The notes: generated by a model from the sequence alone, not told the origin. Counted from the first letter of the stretch, positions 35,801-43,866 are shown. The stretch is DNA of 64,000 nucleotides from Nitrosopumilus sp. (GCA_965224195.1 OZ245040.1:1696001-1760000); one strand, 5' to 3'. Program-made: numbers and translations.

Positions 35801-36756
35801 ACAGACGTTATTTTGGATTCATCATCATAGACAAACTCGGGTGCAATCATCATGTTGCTGTTACTACTGATATCTGAACTATACAGTGAGACAAACTCCA
35901 GGTCATCAGGCAGCCCCGTCCCAAAGCTGGTCCCGTTGACTGCAGATATCACCAGGTCGTGTGTTCCCTCTGTTACAAAGTCTACAGTCCAGTGTCCTCC
36001 CACAGCAGGATATGACTGCTCATTTAGCACCCTGATGCTGCTGCTGCCGTGCTGCTGCATCTCCGAAAGAAACTCTTGCACTGCTGTTTTCTCATGGCCG
36101 CTCAGAGGCCTGTTGTTGCCAGGGCTGTCATAGCTGGCATTATTATCATAGCTGGCATTATTATTATCATATCTGGCATTATAGCTGGTATCATACAGCG
36201 AGTCAGCCAAGGCATCCAAATCTGCTCCGTACAGCACAGAGTCCTGCAAATCCTGATACTGCTGATACTCACCTGTAATAGAATCAAGAACAGGCCAGGA
36301 GCTGCTGCTGTTGTTGTTGTTGTTATTGTTGTTGTTGGCACTGTTGTTACTGCCATCTAAATCACCCATGCCTTCAGGTGGATATGCAAACGCGTGCTGG
36401 ATTGGAGAGAAGGTCAGTCCGATTGGGCCAAGCATGCTACCAGACACAAACACGATGCAGACAAGCACGGCAAGGGATCTTTTCAGAAAAGGGCGGCTGT
36501 CGTATCTGCTTGGCAGCATGCTTGCAAGCACAAAGATTCCTGGCGCAACTACAAAGAGCACGTAAAAGTGTGCAGAAGGCGACTGCTGATTCCACAGCAA
36601 AATCCCCTGAGACTCTGATGAGGAAGAGCCTGCAGGATGCGGCGTGGCCTCATTGTACACAGTCTCCTGTGCAGATACGGGAGGCATGCCAGACAATGCA
36701 AGAACTGTAAAAAGCAAAAACAGCAAAAAGACACTCTTTGGAGCCATGGCTACCAA
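26833..36756 (-). CDS. Giant (~3300 aa) surface protein with FG-GAP/integrin-alpha repeats, beta-propeller repeats and FN3-like domains
   Basis: Many FGxSVAxIGDLDGDGxxDIAVGA units; PTGMAFSTNGTKMFV units; APTNLSV..ITWTAP; N-terminal signal and TM segments. Confidence 0.9.
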   Translation of the reverse strand: MVAMAPKSVFLLFLLFTVLALSGMPPVSAQETVYNEATPHPAGSSSSESQGILLWNQQSPSAHFYVLFVVAPGIFVLASMLPSRYDSRPFLKRSLAVLVCIVFVSGSMLGPIGLTFSPIQHAFAYPPEGMGDLDGSNNSANNNNNNNNNSSSSWPVLDSITGEYQQYQDLQDSVLYGADLDALADSLYDTSYNARYDNNNASYDNNASYDSPGNNRPLSGHEKTAVQEFLSEMQQHGSSSIRVLNEQSYPAVGGHWTVDFVTEGTHDLVISAVNGTSFGTGLPDDLEFVSLYSSDISSNSNMMIAPEFVYDDESKITSVVFPDYSGDSTTSSFEMLVHTPGKHHLKLEFGDSVAYANNYAYPSSTAPPVKINNSTANLPPLLDDSYFGTSVAGIGDLDGDGTADIAVGLTGGLTVAASTGAVHVLFMNPDGSIKRTAEINGSTANGPTDIVGSDDFGASVAGIGDLNRDGIPDIVAGASITSTQGSYRGAVYVMLMDTDGSVKSTVKIDDSTTASLVLANHDMFGASVAGIGDLNNDGTTDIAVGASNNDSGGGSGKGAIHILFMNPDGTVKSTQKIDDFGTTVASHLVNYFGLSVANIGDLNNDGIADIAVGAPGNDNKGTVYVLFMNTDGTVKSTAKIDDSTTNGPPSLADYFFFGASVASIGDINSDGTTDIAVGASGNDSGAIYIILLNSDGTVNGTAKIDDSTTDSLVFGSDSNFGTSVANIGDLNGDGMPDIAVGAPYEGTNDGGSNTGAVHIIYLDAIAPHGTGSARETVKIDDTTADGPILSDGDRFGYSVAGIGDLDGDGVEDIAVGAYQDNHGGAGTGVIHILFMNTGGTIKRSVEINSSTLNGPTLSTDDRFGISVASIGDLNNDGIPDIVAGANYDDTGGRDKGAIHILLMNTNGSVKETVKIDDSTPNGPVLSIDDEFGSSVALIGDLDDDGVSDIAAGAPVDGTGGDGRGAIHILLMNSDGTVKSTIKIDDSTTDGPALADYDKFGASVAGIGDLNNDGTTDIAVGAPGNDNKGTVYVLFMNTDGTVKSTIKIDSSTNSGPVPADYSYFGTSVANIGDLDGDGVLDIVVGAPGDPTGGDRRGAVFVMLMNTNGTVKSTAKIDDSTANGPVLFDQEQFGSSVAGIGDINDDGIADIAVGINSQNPNDIYKGAIYTMFMNADGTVKSTQRIDDTTADGPILSDGDLFGASVAGIGDLDGDGIPDIVAGAYKDDHGGTDKGAIHILFMNRDGTIKRTAQISNPEFGSNNYYLSDHDGFGYSVASIGDLDGDGTTDIAVGAYQDDNNGRTTNTGAVYVLFMNPDGTAKSYSPIKNSTANGPVLSDDDNFGYSVAGIGDLDGDGIPDIVAGAPLADTNYFNDGAIFVMLMNADGSIKRSVEINGSTNSGPTISDYSYFGSSVANIGDLNNDGTADIAVGAERDSDTADDGGAVFILFMNSDGTVSSTKRIDDTVANVPTILDYDQFGSSVAGIGDINGDGAPDIAVGVQGAAGGKADTGAVYVLLMNNIDGSVKATKVIDSSASPGGGGPDDAEVFDGDQFGSSVALIGDLDDDGIPDIVAGADLDDTDGADKGAIYVMYMQKEIVVNAVSSDNADGTYGTLGEIDISVHFSAPVIVTGTPYIHLNVDSVLFGSGAVAGYASGNNTDTLHFTYSIQPGEQTSKLEYSGTNALLLNDNIIRDAAFPHANADQTLPPKGIVLSVNPPKTFGSLGMNSNIVIADDLGPNLYFVSFNAGTGKLTIEFDEPIYNSLSGDINLAKLFLSAPNTVNQTPLAGASIDTTGHSAEIAITLTERQRTNVIGNSTEPQLDIADSAVTDLFGNAIDASDDNTVNVTADTVKPAFESAAFDAGTGMLTIVFDERIDNTPTTDIDLTKLFLSAPNTVNQVSLDGAAVQTAGNSTEILIQLTLPQISTVLANSLTPQLDIGVGAVRDISGNAIDTATDNSVTTTNAVQPPSPGSPTAVTPDNTPPKFESAALDEKTGVLAITFDETISNEGFDVSTAAYTDNSFSVSSDTSLQGVAFSTNGTLMFVAGDNNDSIYEYKLTAPFNISDPTHIGTFNVTSHDTFPSDVTFSTNGTLMFVVGYSDGDINKYALTAPFNISDPTHIGTFNVTSQDDHPEGMAFNSAGTKMFVVGDQYDHVYEYTLSSPFNISDPTYTDLFSVGSEDLNPTGVAFDPSGTKMFVVGYSTNKIYEYTLTAPFNISDPTHTGTFLVGSQDTTPLGVAFSPDGTKMFAVGVNVYEYTLATPVDLSKLLISESGSVNGTGTALSGASIETVGNSTSIEIKLTAPQLQSALALTTPELDILAAAVSDVSGNQILAALNNAIAVTNSVAAVPPPLAAPTNLSVDVSGTTATITWTAPAIPANSFYDISDVSYLVNVTDVADGTTVPYTISDGTTTTHTATGLTPGESYEVTVEVKALSSDSTVLSSQPTAAVSFDMPIPPSLNKPTNLSVNIINGTAAEITWTAPAIPANPFYTIDDILYTVEVYNPATGDRIPEHDSDMINTLHTITGLTSGESYRIVVYAVVTVANYDSLESFAHVILNMPVAPPVPVVPVVPVSPSADNTPPTFDSAALNEGTGVLAVTFDEIIANGDFDLSTAAHTDRSFSVGTQETSPTGMAFSTNGTKMFVIGAAGKDINEYTLSDPFDVSTLSFVDDDPFLVSAQDATPADVAFNTNGTKMFVVGNTGGEIHEYTLTTPFDVSSSVFANDSFPVSDRDASPTGMAFSTNGTKMFVIGAQNDRVYEYTLSVPFDVSSSVFADVSFPVSDQDTTPADVAFNTDGTKMFVVGDAGDAIHEYALSAPFDISAPTHADTFSVSLQDANPTGVAFNPAGTKMFVVGATGGDIHEYALASSLDLSKLFISESGNTNEISLTGASIETVGNSNFIEIELTASQRESVIALTTPQLDILKGAVSDVSGNQIDASPDNHIIITGTGRSSGGGSSSSSTESTPPSFPTTSFDGKTHTIFIGTVGISPEPSRLDYTLDNPVLVQTGQSIPISLTMHDNMSWESISHVELCLNKQISNNQICDSDTKLVWDKKYNDGNNDNNSNSLKIIDPNGLIENASVSIAKVDVRVATWDYSVTFGKAMDTSDIQIYAWDDRRNALTFTIHNALTVTAQNDAQGSSSSSDTASSSGGSSSSSSGGSSSSSSSSDTITSSCDAGKLLLDTGLCMDPEPGTFACLSEQVMNHDGTCLDASKTAIAQDDDMIKLLPPSSDTQSTDAIKKQNEMIKRWAGYSEFSATDAELIKSLGITNDLPPDVSLPKWIKKHLGEMVYKNQISVEQLKIVLSYMVGVLK

Positions 36757-36856
36757 GACTCCGCCGTCGTCATGCCATCAAGAAAGGCAGAACTTTGGGC
36801 TATAAAATATTCAAATATACTGGCAATGGGAGTCTCGCGTCTGACCTCTCTCTCTT

Positions 36857-36868
36857 CCCCCCCCCCCC
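36857..36868 (-). repeat. G12 homopolymer in the 5' leader of the FG-GAP protein gene
   Basis: 12 consecutive C on + strand in the same CTCTCTTCC..CCGA context as 22514. Confidence 0.85.
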
Positions 36869-36995
36869 GAATCAGTGATAGGCAAGATATAAGCAACATG
36901 CACATATTAACCAGAAAACACACGTATTTAATCATTTTGTAATCTGGGTTTTGTGAAGTTACAGTGACCTATTTTCCCTTGTGAAGTTTGGTGAC

Positions 36996-37540
36996 CTATT
37001 GAAAATGACTTTGTTTATTAGGATCATCTTTTCCTTTTAATGTTTTTAGTATTTCTTGCAGAGTTCGTAAAATTAAATCATTTTGTTGTTCTATGTTTTG
37101 TAGCGAAAAGTATGAATCCTGTGTATTTGCAAACATGACAAATTTTCTCCAAAATTCAGAATTAATACGAATTGTGTCAAGTATAGTTTCAAGTTGAGAT
37201 TCTGAAAAATTAGATGATTTACATATTTCAGTAATTCTTTTTTCAGATAAATTTGATCTGATTGCCTCGTTCATAAAAGTACGTGTAATGTTGGATATTG
37301 CTTGTATCTGCGATATTGAGATGTCTTGTTCCTTACTTAGTTCCTTATGAGATTTTCTTTCAACCCATATTTCATTCATACATTTTGGAAATTTCTTCTT
37401 AAATTCATCGTCGGAAATTTTAGATATTTCTTTCAAATCATATTGAAGTGTTGGTGCTTGTTCAATAATATTTTTTACAAATAAAATAGAGCATGTTTCT
37501 TCAAGTCCTAAATCAAATAATTTATTAGAAATTGTTGTTT
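36996..37540 (-). pseudogene. Hypothetical helical protein, probably 5'-truncated at the junction with the integrase remnant
   Basis: Frame stays open upstream of the 37436 TTG up to ~37540 without another start. Confidence 0.45.
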
Positions 37541-37542
37541 TA

Positions 37543-37881
37543 TCATAATTTGAATATAGAAGTTCTATTCATGTCAAAAAACAAAATAATAGGAGCTACA
37601 TACGCATTGACACTTGTAGGCTTCAAAGTTTTCTTCAAAATTTTGATATAAGATTTCACAAGATCAGTGCTTTTCCCAGCATCAAAATTAGCTAATGCAT
37701 TATAATCATCAAAATGTGAAACATATTTTTTATCAACAAGATAATTCATAAAATTTTTCAGACCACAAGTATATGATTTCAAAGGGGCTTCAGTTTTGAT
37801 GGCATCATAAAAATTACCATATTCAATGTTTTCCTCAGATAGTTCTAATGCTCTTTGTAATTCGACCTTACTACTAACCAT
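37543..37881 (-). pseudogene. Tyrosine integrase N-terminal (core-binding) fragment
   Basis: FYDAIKT..LKSY..LKNFM.YL...DLVKSYI..LK...SVNAYVAPI.LFFDMN; catalytic domain absent. Confidence 0.65.
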
Positions 37882-38069
37882 ATTATCTAGGCATAACTAA
37901 TTAATTATAAAATGTTGTTTTTAGTATAGTTAATTGTTATGATATGCATGAAAAATGACACAAAATCATTAACCGTTTAGATGGGCGATACCAAAAGATT
38001 ATGCAATACAACAATTGAAAAAATTTCAAATTATACACATATTTACTAAATAAATCAAAAAAATAGAAA

Positions 38070-38255
38070 ATGTCCAAAAATGAAGATAAGGAATTAGATA
38101 ATACAGATAAAAGATGGCTCAGAGGTTTTATCTTAGATCATTTGGAGGGATCTAATGGGGTTTTCTTACGAGATTTTGCAAAGGAATTTGATTGTGAATG
38201 GATTCTAAGTTCAAATCAATATTTTGAAGACATACCAAGACAAACAGACGATTGA
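38070..38255 (+). CDS. Small hypothetical protein
   Basis: 61-aa ORF overlapping the next start codon. Confidence 0.5.
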   Translation: MSKNEDKELDNTDKRWLRGFILDHLEGSNGVFLRDFAKEFDCEWILSSNQYFEDIPRQTDD

Positions 38256-38980
38256 TTGATGAAATAGGATCAGAAATTGAAAAATTTGCAGATATTTTTG
38301 TAGAGACATTCCCCACATCAAAGAATATAGTTTACAGCAGATTGGAAAAATACTTAGAAGAAGAAGGATACAAAATAGAAATTAAAACGGATTTAGTTCC
38401 GTTTGTAAAAGATGGAGAAACCATACAAATTCAGATTCTAAATAAAACTACACTCAAGATAGTGAAAACATTGATTACAAATACTGGAAAATCACAAGAA
38501 AGACTACCAGAAACATTTGGGAAGTTTGAAGAGCCCATGTTAAGAGATATGATGTTAGTTGTGTTAAATTCCGTATTCACAGGTTCTGCAACAGGAGAAA
38601 CTTTTAGTGGAAGTGGTAAAGCTGATATTTTTATTAATTTTAAAGATTTTAAATCGCCCATAATAGAATGTAAATGGTGGGACGGTCAAGAGACAATAAA
38701 CGATGCATTTGAACAATTATTTGCATATAACACACCAAATGAAGGGGATGGAATAATCATAATGTTTTCAGACAGAGTAGATTATTCAGAAGTAGAAACA
38801 AAAGCTGAAAAATATATCAAAAATCATTCATCATTCAACAACAATTCTATTAAAAAAAATGAAGGATGGTTAATTTCAAAGCATGATCATCCACAAGACA
38901 ATTCAAAAAAAATGAACGTTCATACCAAAATTTTCAACTTACATCACATAGATACAATTAGTAAAAAGAATCCAAATTGA
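38252..38980 (+). CDS. PD-(D/E)XK nuclease-like protein
   Basis: ATGETFSGSGKADIFI...IIECKWWDG...FEQLFAY. Confidence 0.65.
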   Translation: MIDEIGSEIEKFADIFVETFPTSKNIVYSRLEKYLEEEGYKIEIKTDLVPFVKDGETIQIQILNKTTLKIVKTLITNTGKSQERLPETFGKFEEPMLRDMMLVVLNSVFTGSATGETFSGSGKADIFINFKDFKSPIIECKWWDGQETINDAFEQLFAYNTPNEGDGIIIMFSDRVDYSEVETKAEKYIKNHSSFNNNSIKKNEGWLISKHDHPQDNSKKMNVHTKIFNLHHIDTISKKNPN

Positions 38981-38996
38981 AAATATTTACAGCGAA

Positions 38997-39332
38997 TTAT
39001 TCAAAAAAATCACATTGAGCCAAAGTTATCAATGGGAGTTCACCCACATAACATTGGCATCCAAAGAACAATTTCACAATTTCTGCAGATGTAATCCCTA
39101 CACCCATTCCTACAAATAAAGATCGGAATAAAGCAAATATTTTTGCCTCTTTAAAATAACTGAGAATACCTGTAATTACGATAAAAGTAAGCAAAACACC
39201 ATAAGAATATCTAAAAAATGGAATAGATTCAAGATGAAATGATACACCACAGTATTGAGTTGTCAACACAATAGTTCCCAATCCGACTAAAGAACCAATA
39301 ATTAAAATGAAAATCTCAAGTATGCTTTTCAA
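38997..39332 (-). CDS. Small membrane protein (3 TM)
   Basis: Three hydrophobic stretches. Confidence 0.6.
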   Translation of the reverse strand: MKSILEIFILIIGSLVGLGTIVLTTQYCGVSFHLESIPFFRYSYGVLLTFIVITGILSYFKEAKIFALFRSLFVGMGVGITSAEIVKLFFGCQCYVGELPLITLAQCDFFE

Positions 39333-39467
39333 CGTATTAGTTATAATCGGTTAATTATAAAGTGCCGTTTTTGTGTGAGTCAATTGTTACCAACCAAGAA
39401 AAAATGGCACATAAAGATTATACCCATTTGTACACACAATCGTTCAAAAACAAGAAATCATTTAAAA

Positions 39468-39731
39468 TCAATCTGAACCATATGTGGATTTATGATCTCC
39501 TACTCTCATGAAATCAATTGTTTTTTTAAAAAAATCAACATCGTAAATGATCCTATTGCTTTTATCTAGTCTATAGGCATACACATTCATAGATTTTTTA
39601 AAATCTCCCAAAAGTCTAGGATCATCACTTAACAGGAGTTCTTTGATAGCATCATTTGTTTTGTCTTGTAAAGTATGCTCTAATTTTTTGAATTGTTTTT
39701 TGAACTTTCCTTGTCTATTGGGAGTCCACAA
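39468..39731 (-). CDS. RelE/ParE-family toxin
   Basis: FKKQFKKL...YAYRLDKSNRIIYDVD...RVGDHKSTY. Confidence 0.85.
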   Translation of the reverse strand: MWTPNRQGKFKKQFKKLEHTLQDKTNDAIKELLLSDDPRLLGDFKKSMNVYAYRLDKSNRIIYDVDFFKKTIDFMRVGDHKSTYGSD

Positions 39732-39733
39732 AA

Positions 39734-39997
39734 TTAATCGTTTAGATCATTGATAAAATCATCGACAGTACTAAACTTCTTTGTATTTTCAGAGTTAGAT
39801 CTATATTCATTAATGTCATTAATTTCTTCATTACTTAGATCATCATAATCTCCAAGGGATTTAGTACGTGAATCTAATATTTGCTTGTAATTATCATTAG
39901 CAGTTGTTGATAATTGCAAATCAGTTAATCCAGATACACGAACAAAATCTCTAAATTCTGTTTTGTTTCTTTTAAGAAGCTGCACCATTTGTCTCAC
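39734..39997 (-). CDS. Putative antitoxin
   Basis: Acidic C-terminus KKFSTVDDFINDLND directly upstream of RelE. Confidence 0.65.
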   Translation of the reverse strand: MRQMVQLLKRNKTEFRDFVRVSGLTDLQLSTTANDNYKQILDSRTKSLGDYDDLSNEEINDINEYRSNSENTKKFSTVDDFINDLND

Positions 39998-40619
39998 TTA
40001 TTGTTTGTAATACCTCTTTTATAAAATCAGCTCCAAATTTACTGATAAAATCATTAAATGCGTCATATTTTACAGTTCTAAAAATAAATTCAATGTATAG
40101 AGATTCAGTAGGACTAGTAGCTAAAGGTTCCATTCTAATTTGCATATCTACTTCCGAAACATCCGTATTTGCAACTACGACAGAAAGTATCCCAGGTTTA
40201 ATATTCAATTTATCTGCCAAGCTAGATTGGACATTAGGATTCAAAATATGATTTAAAAATAGTTGCGGATTACCATTATCTGTAACAAAAGTTTTGAAAT
40301 TCCCTCCCAATACAGCTATGTTCTCAGGTTTGAAACTTAAGTTAGCAAGTAATTGTGAGAAATCAGAATATTTCGTTTGTAATGAAATGGTATTACGTAA
40401 TCTTAGTGTAATAGTATTTTGTTTAGAATTATTGAAAATAATGGTGTCTTCTTTTTGATAATATGTCTGATTATTATTTTGTGTATCTATTTTTCTTTCA
40501 TAATTACCATCAAGCATAAGTTGATTAAATTGGGTTTCAGAAAATAATGGATATTTGCCCTGAATTGCAATATCACAGGAAGCACCTACTTCAGATACGT
40601 TAACCATAATTGATAACAA
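39972..40619 (-). CDS. Hypothetical protein in operon with the TA pair
   Basis: 215-aa ORF overlapping the antitoxin start. Confidence 0.65.
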   Translation of the reverse strand: MLSIMVNVSEVGASCDIAIQGKYPLFSETQFNQLMLDGNYERKIDTQNNNQTYYQKEDTIIFNNSKQNTITLRLRNTISLQTKYSDFSQLLANLSFKPENIAVLGGNFKTFVTDNGNPQLFLNHILNPNVQSSLADKLNIKPGILSVVVANTDVSEVDMQIRMEPLATSPTESLYIEFIFRTVKYDAFNDFISKFGADFIKEVLQTISETNGAAS

Positions 40620-40690
40620 AAATAGGATTACTTAAATCAGATCATAATCGGTTAATGAAAATTCGCCGTTTTTGTGAGAGATAATTGTTA

Positions 40691-41830
40691 TCATTGTATC
40701 TCAATCTCAAGGAAATCAAATTCCCTACATTCACAGGGAGTATCAAGAATAGTTGAAATTCCAGGTATAACATCATCGCCAATAACAAATCGTTTGATTG
40801 GAAGGCCTCCTTCAGCCTTGATTATTAAAGTAAACAGATTCTTTGAATTTTTCTTAAATTTCACATCAAAAATTTTCTTCTCGGAACGTTTCCCAGACTT
40901 TTCATAGACTATCACAGGACTAATTGTGAGATCTTTTAATTTTTTAAGACTTTTAGAATCAATTTGAGAATCAGTAGAAATTTTTACACTAATAACAGAA
41001 TTGAATTTAAGAGGTTTTTTTGGAGATTCATAAACTGATTTTAAATTATTGATTTTGATAGAATCAACAACAATATCAGATAATTTTACATTTCTTTTAT
41101 GAGGATTTTGTATTTTTACAAAAAATGGCCTCCCGTTTCCCAAAACCAAACTAGATTTATCCTCACCACCAATCCATGTGAATTTTGCAGTTGTACCTCC
41201 AAATTTTTGAAAAACTAGTTTAGAGATTGCACCCTCCACACTGTCATATTCTGCAATGCCATGAAAATCACAAACTCGACATCCTTTCCCAGAACAATTA
41301 TCACATGACTTTTGTTTTTGAGAAAAACCTCTCTCAGATTTTAGATATCGTCCAGAAAGAGTGATAGATTTAGAACGTAATTCGCACAATTCATCTTTAA
41401 AATTCATAGTAAGCATGACATCTGGATCAAGATGATCAATTATTTTTTTTGTCTTTTTAGAATATAGTTTTCCTATTTCGTTAGTAATGTCAGTCTTGAT
41501 GCTATCAATTCCTTTTAATTTATACTCAGATCTAATAAAATCATCTCTATCTACAATGGAGGGTTTCATCATAGCCCCAATACCAAATGTTTTAAAAGAA
41601 TAGTCAGCAGATTTATCAAGCATTTGTTTTAAAAAATGATGCAGATTTTCAAATAGATTTTTACACACATAGCATTTTTCTGTAGAGTCTTGATTTAATT
41701 TTTTACCAAGAAGTTTATTTGATGAAAGGTGTAATTGTTTTGAAAATAGTCGACCTAAACAATAATTGCATAAATTATATTTTTTGGTAATTTTATTTGC
41801 AATAGGAATAATTTGTTGATAATTAGACAT
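40691..41830 (-). CDS. pus10: tRNA pseudouridine(54/55) synthase Pus10-like
   Basis: CNYCLGRLF, THUMP-like region, GRYLK, GGEDKSS, AEGGLPIKRF. Confidence 0.88.
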   Translation of the reverse strand: MSNYQQIIPIANKITKKYNLCNYCLGRLFSKQLHLSSNKLLGKKLNQDSTEKCYVCKNLFENLHHFLKQMLDKSADYSFKTFGIGAMMKPSIVDRDDFIRSEYKLKGIDSIKTDITNEIGKLYSKKTKKIIDHLDPDVMLTMNFKDELCELRSKSITLSGRYLKSERGFSQKQKSCDNCSGKGCRVCDFHGIAEYDSVEGAISKLVFQKFGGTTAKFTWIGGEDKSSLVLGNGRPFFVKIQNPHKRNVKLSDIVVDSIKINNLKSVYESPKKPLKFNSVISVKISTDSQIDSKSLKKLKDLTISPVIVYEKSGKRSEKKIFDVKFKKNSKNLFTLIIKAEGGLPIKRFVIGDDVIPGISTILDTPCECREFDFLEIEIQ

Positions 41831-41855
41831 GCTTGATTGAAATTTGTATTATTGA

Positions 41856-43184
41856 TTATCCCAATCCCATTTTTCTAAGAGTACCTTGCATCTGTCTACC
41901 CTTTGATGCTTTCATCATGTTCTTAGAATTTTTATAATTTTTAATTAATTCTTTAACTTCACCTTCAGGCCATCCTGAGCCACGAGAAATTCTTTTAACT
42001 CTAGATGAGTTTAACAATCCTTCAGGATCTGCTTTTTCTGCTTTGGTCATACTTTGAATTATGTATCGCCATTTTGTAACTTTGCCTTCCATTTGACCTA
42101 CTTGATCTCCTTTTACCATTCCAGAAAGTCCGGGCATGCTATCAAGAATTCCTTGTAATGAACCCATTTTGCTAACGTCTTCTAACTGAGAAAGAAAGTC
42201 CTCCATGTTCATTTTTCCACTAGAGATTCTTTTCATTCGTACATCATCCCCCTCATTTTCTAATCGTTTAGCCAAATCCAATACGGCCTGAATATCACCC
42301 ATGCCAAGTAGTCTTCCAACAAATCGTGTAGGAGAGAATTTTTCTAAATCATCTATTCGCTCACCAGTTCCTATGTACATTATTTGTGCACCGGTAGCAG
42401 CAGATGCTGCAAGAGCACCGCCTCCTTTTGCAGAGCTATCCAATTTAGTAATTATGACACCACCAACTGGAATTGTCTTATGGAATGCTTCAGCTTGATT
42501 GAAACATTGTTGTCCAATTGTACCATCAATTACTAGTAAAGCTAAATCAGGATCTGCTACTTTGTTAATTCTATCCATTTCTTCTAAAAGATCTTGTTCT
42601 TCCTTATGACGACCAGCTGTATCAATTAGAATTACATCTAATGTTTTCCCTGCAAAATGTTTCAGTCCATTTTTAACAATATTTGGAGAGTCTTTGTTAT
42701 TTTCTTCACCATACACTTCAACATTTGATTTTTTACACATGGTTTTCAGTTGAACTAATGCTCCGGGCCTGTAGGTATCTGCACCTACAACACCAACTTT
42801 GTATCCTTGGCCTGTTAGAAATTTAGCAAGTTTTGATGTTACAGTTGTTTTTCCACTACCTTGAATTCCAAGTAGAATAATCTTATTTTGTTTTCCAGGT
42901 TTAAAATCAAATTCAGATTCATCACCTAGTAATTTTGAGAGTTCATCATAAAGGATCTTTACAATGTGGTCCTTTCTAGAGAGTCCTGGAGGAGGGGTCT
43001 CATTTAGAGCACGCTCTTCAAGGCGTTTAGTAATTTCCAAAACAAGACGCACATTGACATCAGATTGAAGTAGTGCCCTTTGAACATCCTTTGATAATTC
43101 TTTGATTAGTTCCTCATCTATGCCTGAAGATTTTACAATTTTTTTAATTGCATCCCCTAAACTAGTCTTAAGACCATCAAGCAT
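41856..43184 (-). CDS. srp54: Signal recognition particle protein SRP54
   Basis: GIQGSGKTT, DTYRPGA, DTAGR, TKLD, GGGALAA, M domain. Confidence 0.97.
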   Translation of the reverse strand: MLDGLKTSLGDAIKKIVKSSGIDEELIKELSKDVQRALLQSDVNVRLVLEITKRLEERALNETPPPGLSRKDHIVKILYDELSKLLGDESEFDFKPGKQNKIILLGIQGSGKTTVTSKLAKFLTGQGYKVGVVGADTYRPGALVQLKTMCKKSNVEVYGEENNKDSPNIVKNGLKHFAGKTLDVILIDTAGRHKEEQDLLEEMDRINKVADPDLALLVIDGTIGQQCFNQAEAFHKTIPVGGVIITKLDSSAKGGGALAASAATGAQIMYIGTGERIDDLEKFSPTRFVGRLLGMGDIQAVLDLAKRLENEGDDVRMKRISSGKMNMEDFLSQLEDVSKMGSLQGILDSMPGLSGMVKGDQVGQMEGKVTKWRYIIQSMTKAEKADPEGLLNSSRVKRISRGSGWPEGEVKELIKNYKNSKNMMKASKGRQMQGTLRKMGLG

Positions 43185-43866
43185 TGAAATTCAATCCCGC
43201 ATCCACTATTTCAAACCTTCCTCTATAGCCATCCCATTTTTTTTCAGACTGATTAATTTTGATCGAATTTGTAAAGAGAGGACAATTTGTTACAAATGTT
43301 TCAGCCTCGCCTCCTTCAAAATTTAAATTAAAACCAAATTTTTCAGACAAATGTTTCAACGAAACAATGTCAGATTTTGAAATGGTTTTTCCCAACCAAG
43401 AACCATCCAATCCATCTGAAGACACAGTAGTCATAATAAAATCAAACTCTGAATCAACTAATTCATTCATGTATTTTTCTGGATCGGTATTCCACAATGG
43501 TACAATAACTTTTAAATTTAATTTTGAACAAATATTTTCAAACTTATCTTTTTGGAATTTACTTTGTATTCCACCATGAACTAGTCCTTCAATTTGGAAT
43601 TGTTCTTTTGCATTTTGTAACAAATTTTCAATAAGGATTAATTCATTGTCAGTCTCATCTGAAGTTGAAGCAATAGTCAATTGTGGGATATTCATTGATT
43701 CTGATTGTAACTTTGTCCATTTTATGTTTGGATGATGTAACAAATGACTTTCATCAGATTTTGGAAAAATACTCAAGAGACATTTTACTTCATGTCCTTG
43801 TTTTTTAGCAACGTAAATTGCATATGCACTATCTTTTCCTCCCGAAAAAAGAGAAGCTAATTTCAT
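43177..43866 (-). CDS. dph6: Diphthine--ammonia ligase
   Basis: SLFSGGKDS PP-loop, EGGEAET. Confidence 0.9.
   Translation of the reverse strand: MKLASLFSGGKDSAYAIYVAKKQGHEVKCLLSIFPKSDESHLLHHPNIKWTKLQSESMNIPQLTIASTSDETDNELILIENLLQNAKEQFQIEGLVHGGIQSKFQKDKFENICSKLNLKVIVPLWNTDPEKYMNELVDSEFDFIMTTVSSDGLDGSWLGKTISKSDIVSLKHLSEKFGFNLNFEGGEAETFVTNCPLFTNSIKINQSEKKWDGYRGRFEIVDAGLNFNA

Larger units (their letters stand above)
37888..40692. repeat. Three degenerate copies of a 50-85-bp att/promoter-like motif (~37888-37971, ~39338-39422, ~40643-40692)
   Basis: Consensus ATAATCGGTTAATTATAAA.TGCCGTTTTTGTG.GAG..AATTGTTA; the first two copies continue with AAAAATGRCAC. Confidence 0.75.

Noticed and set aside
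36750-36935. 61-aa ORF across the G12 tract as a frameshift phase switch
   Set aside because: A TGA at 36778-36780 in the giant gene's frame lies downstream of the tract, so slippage cannot fuse the frames.
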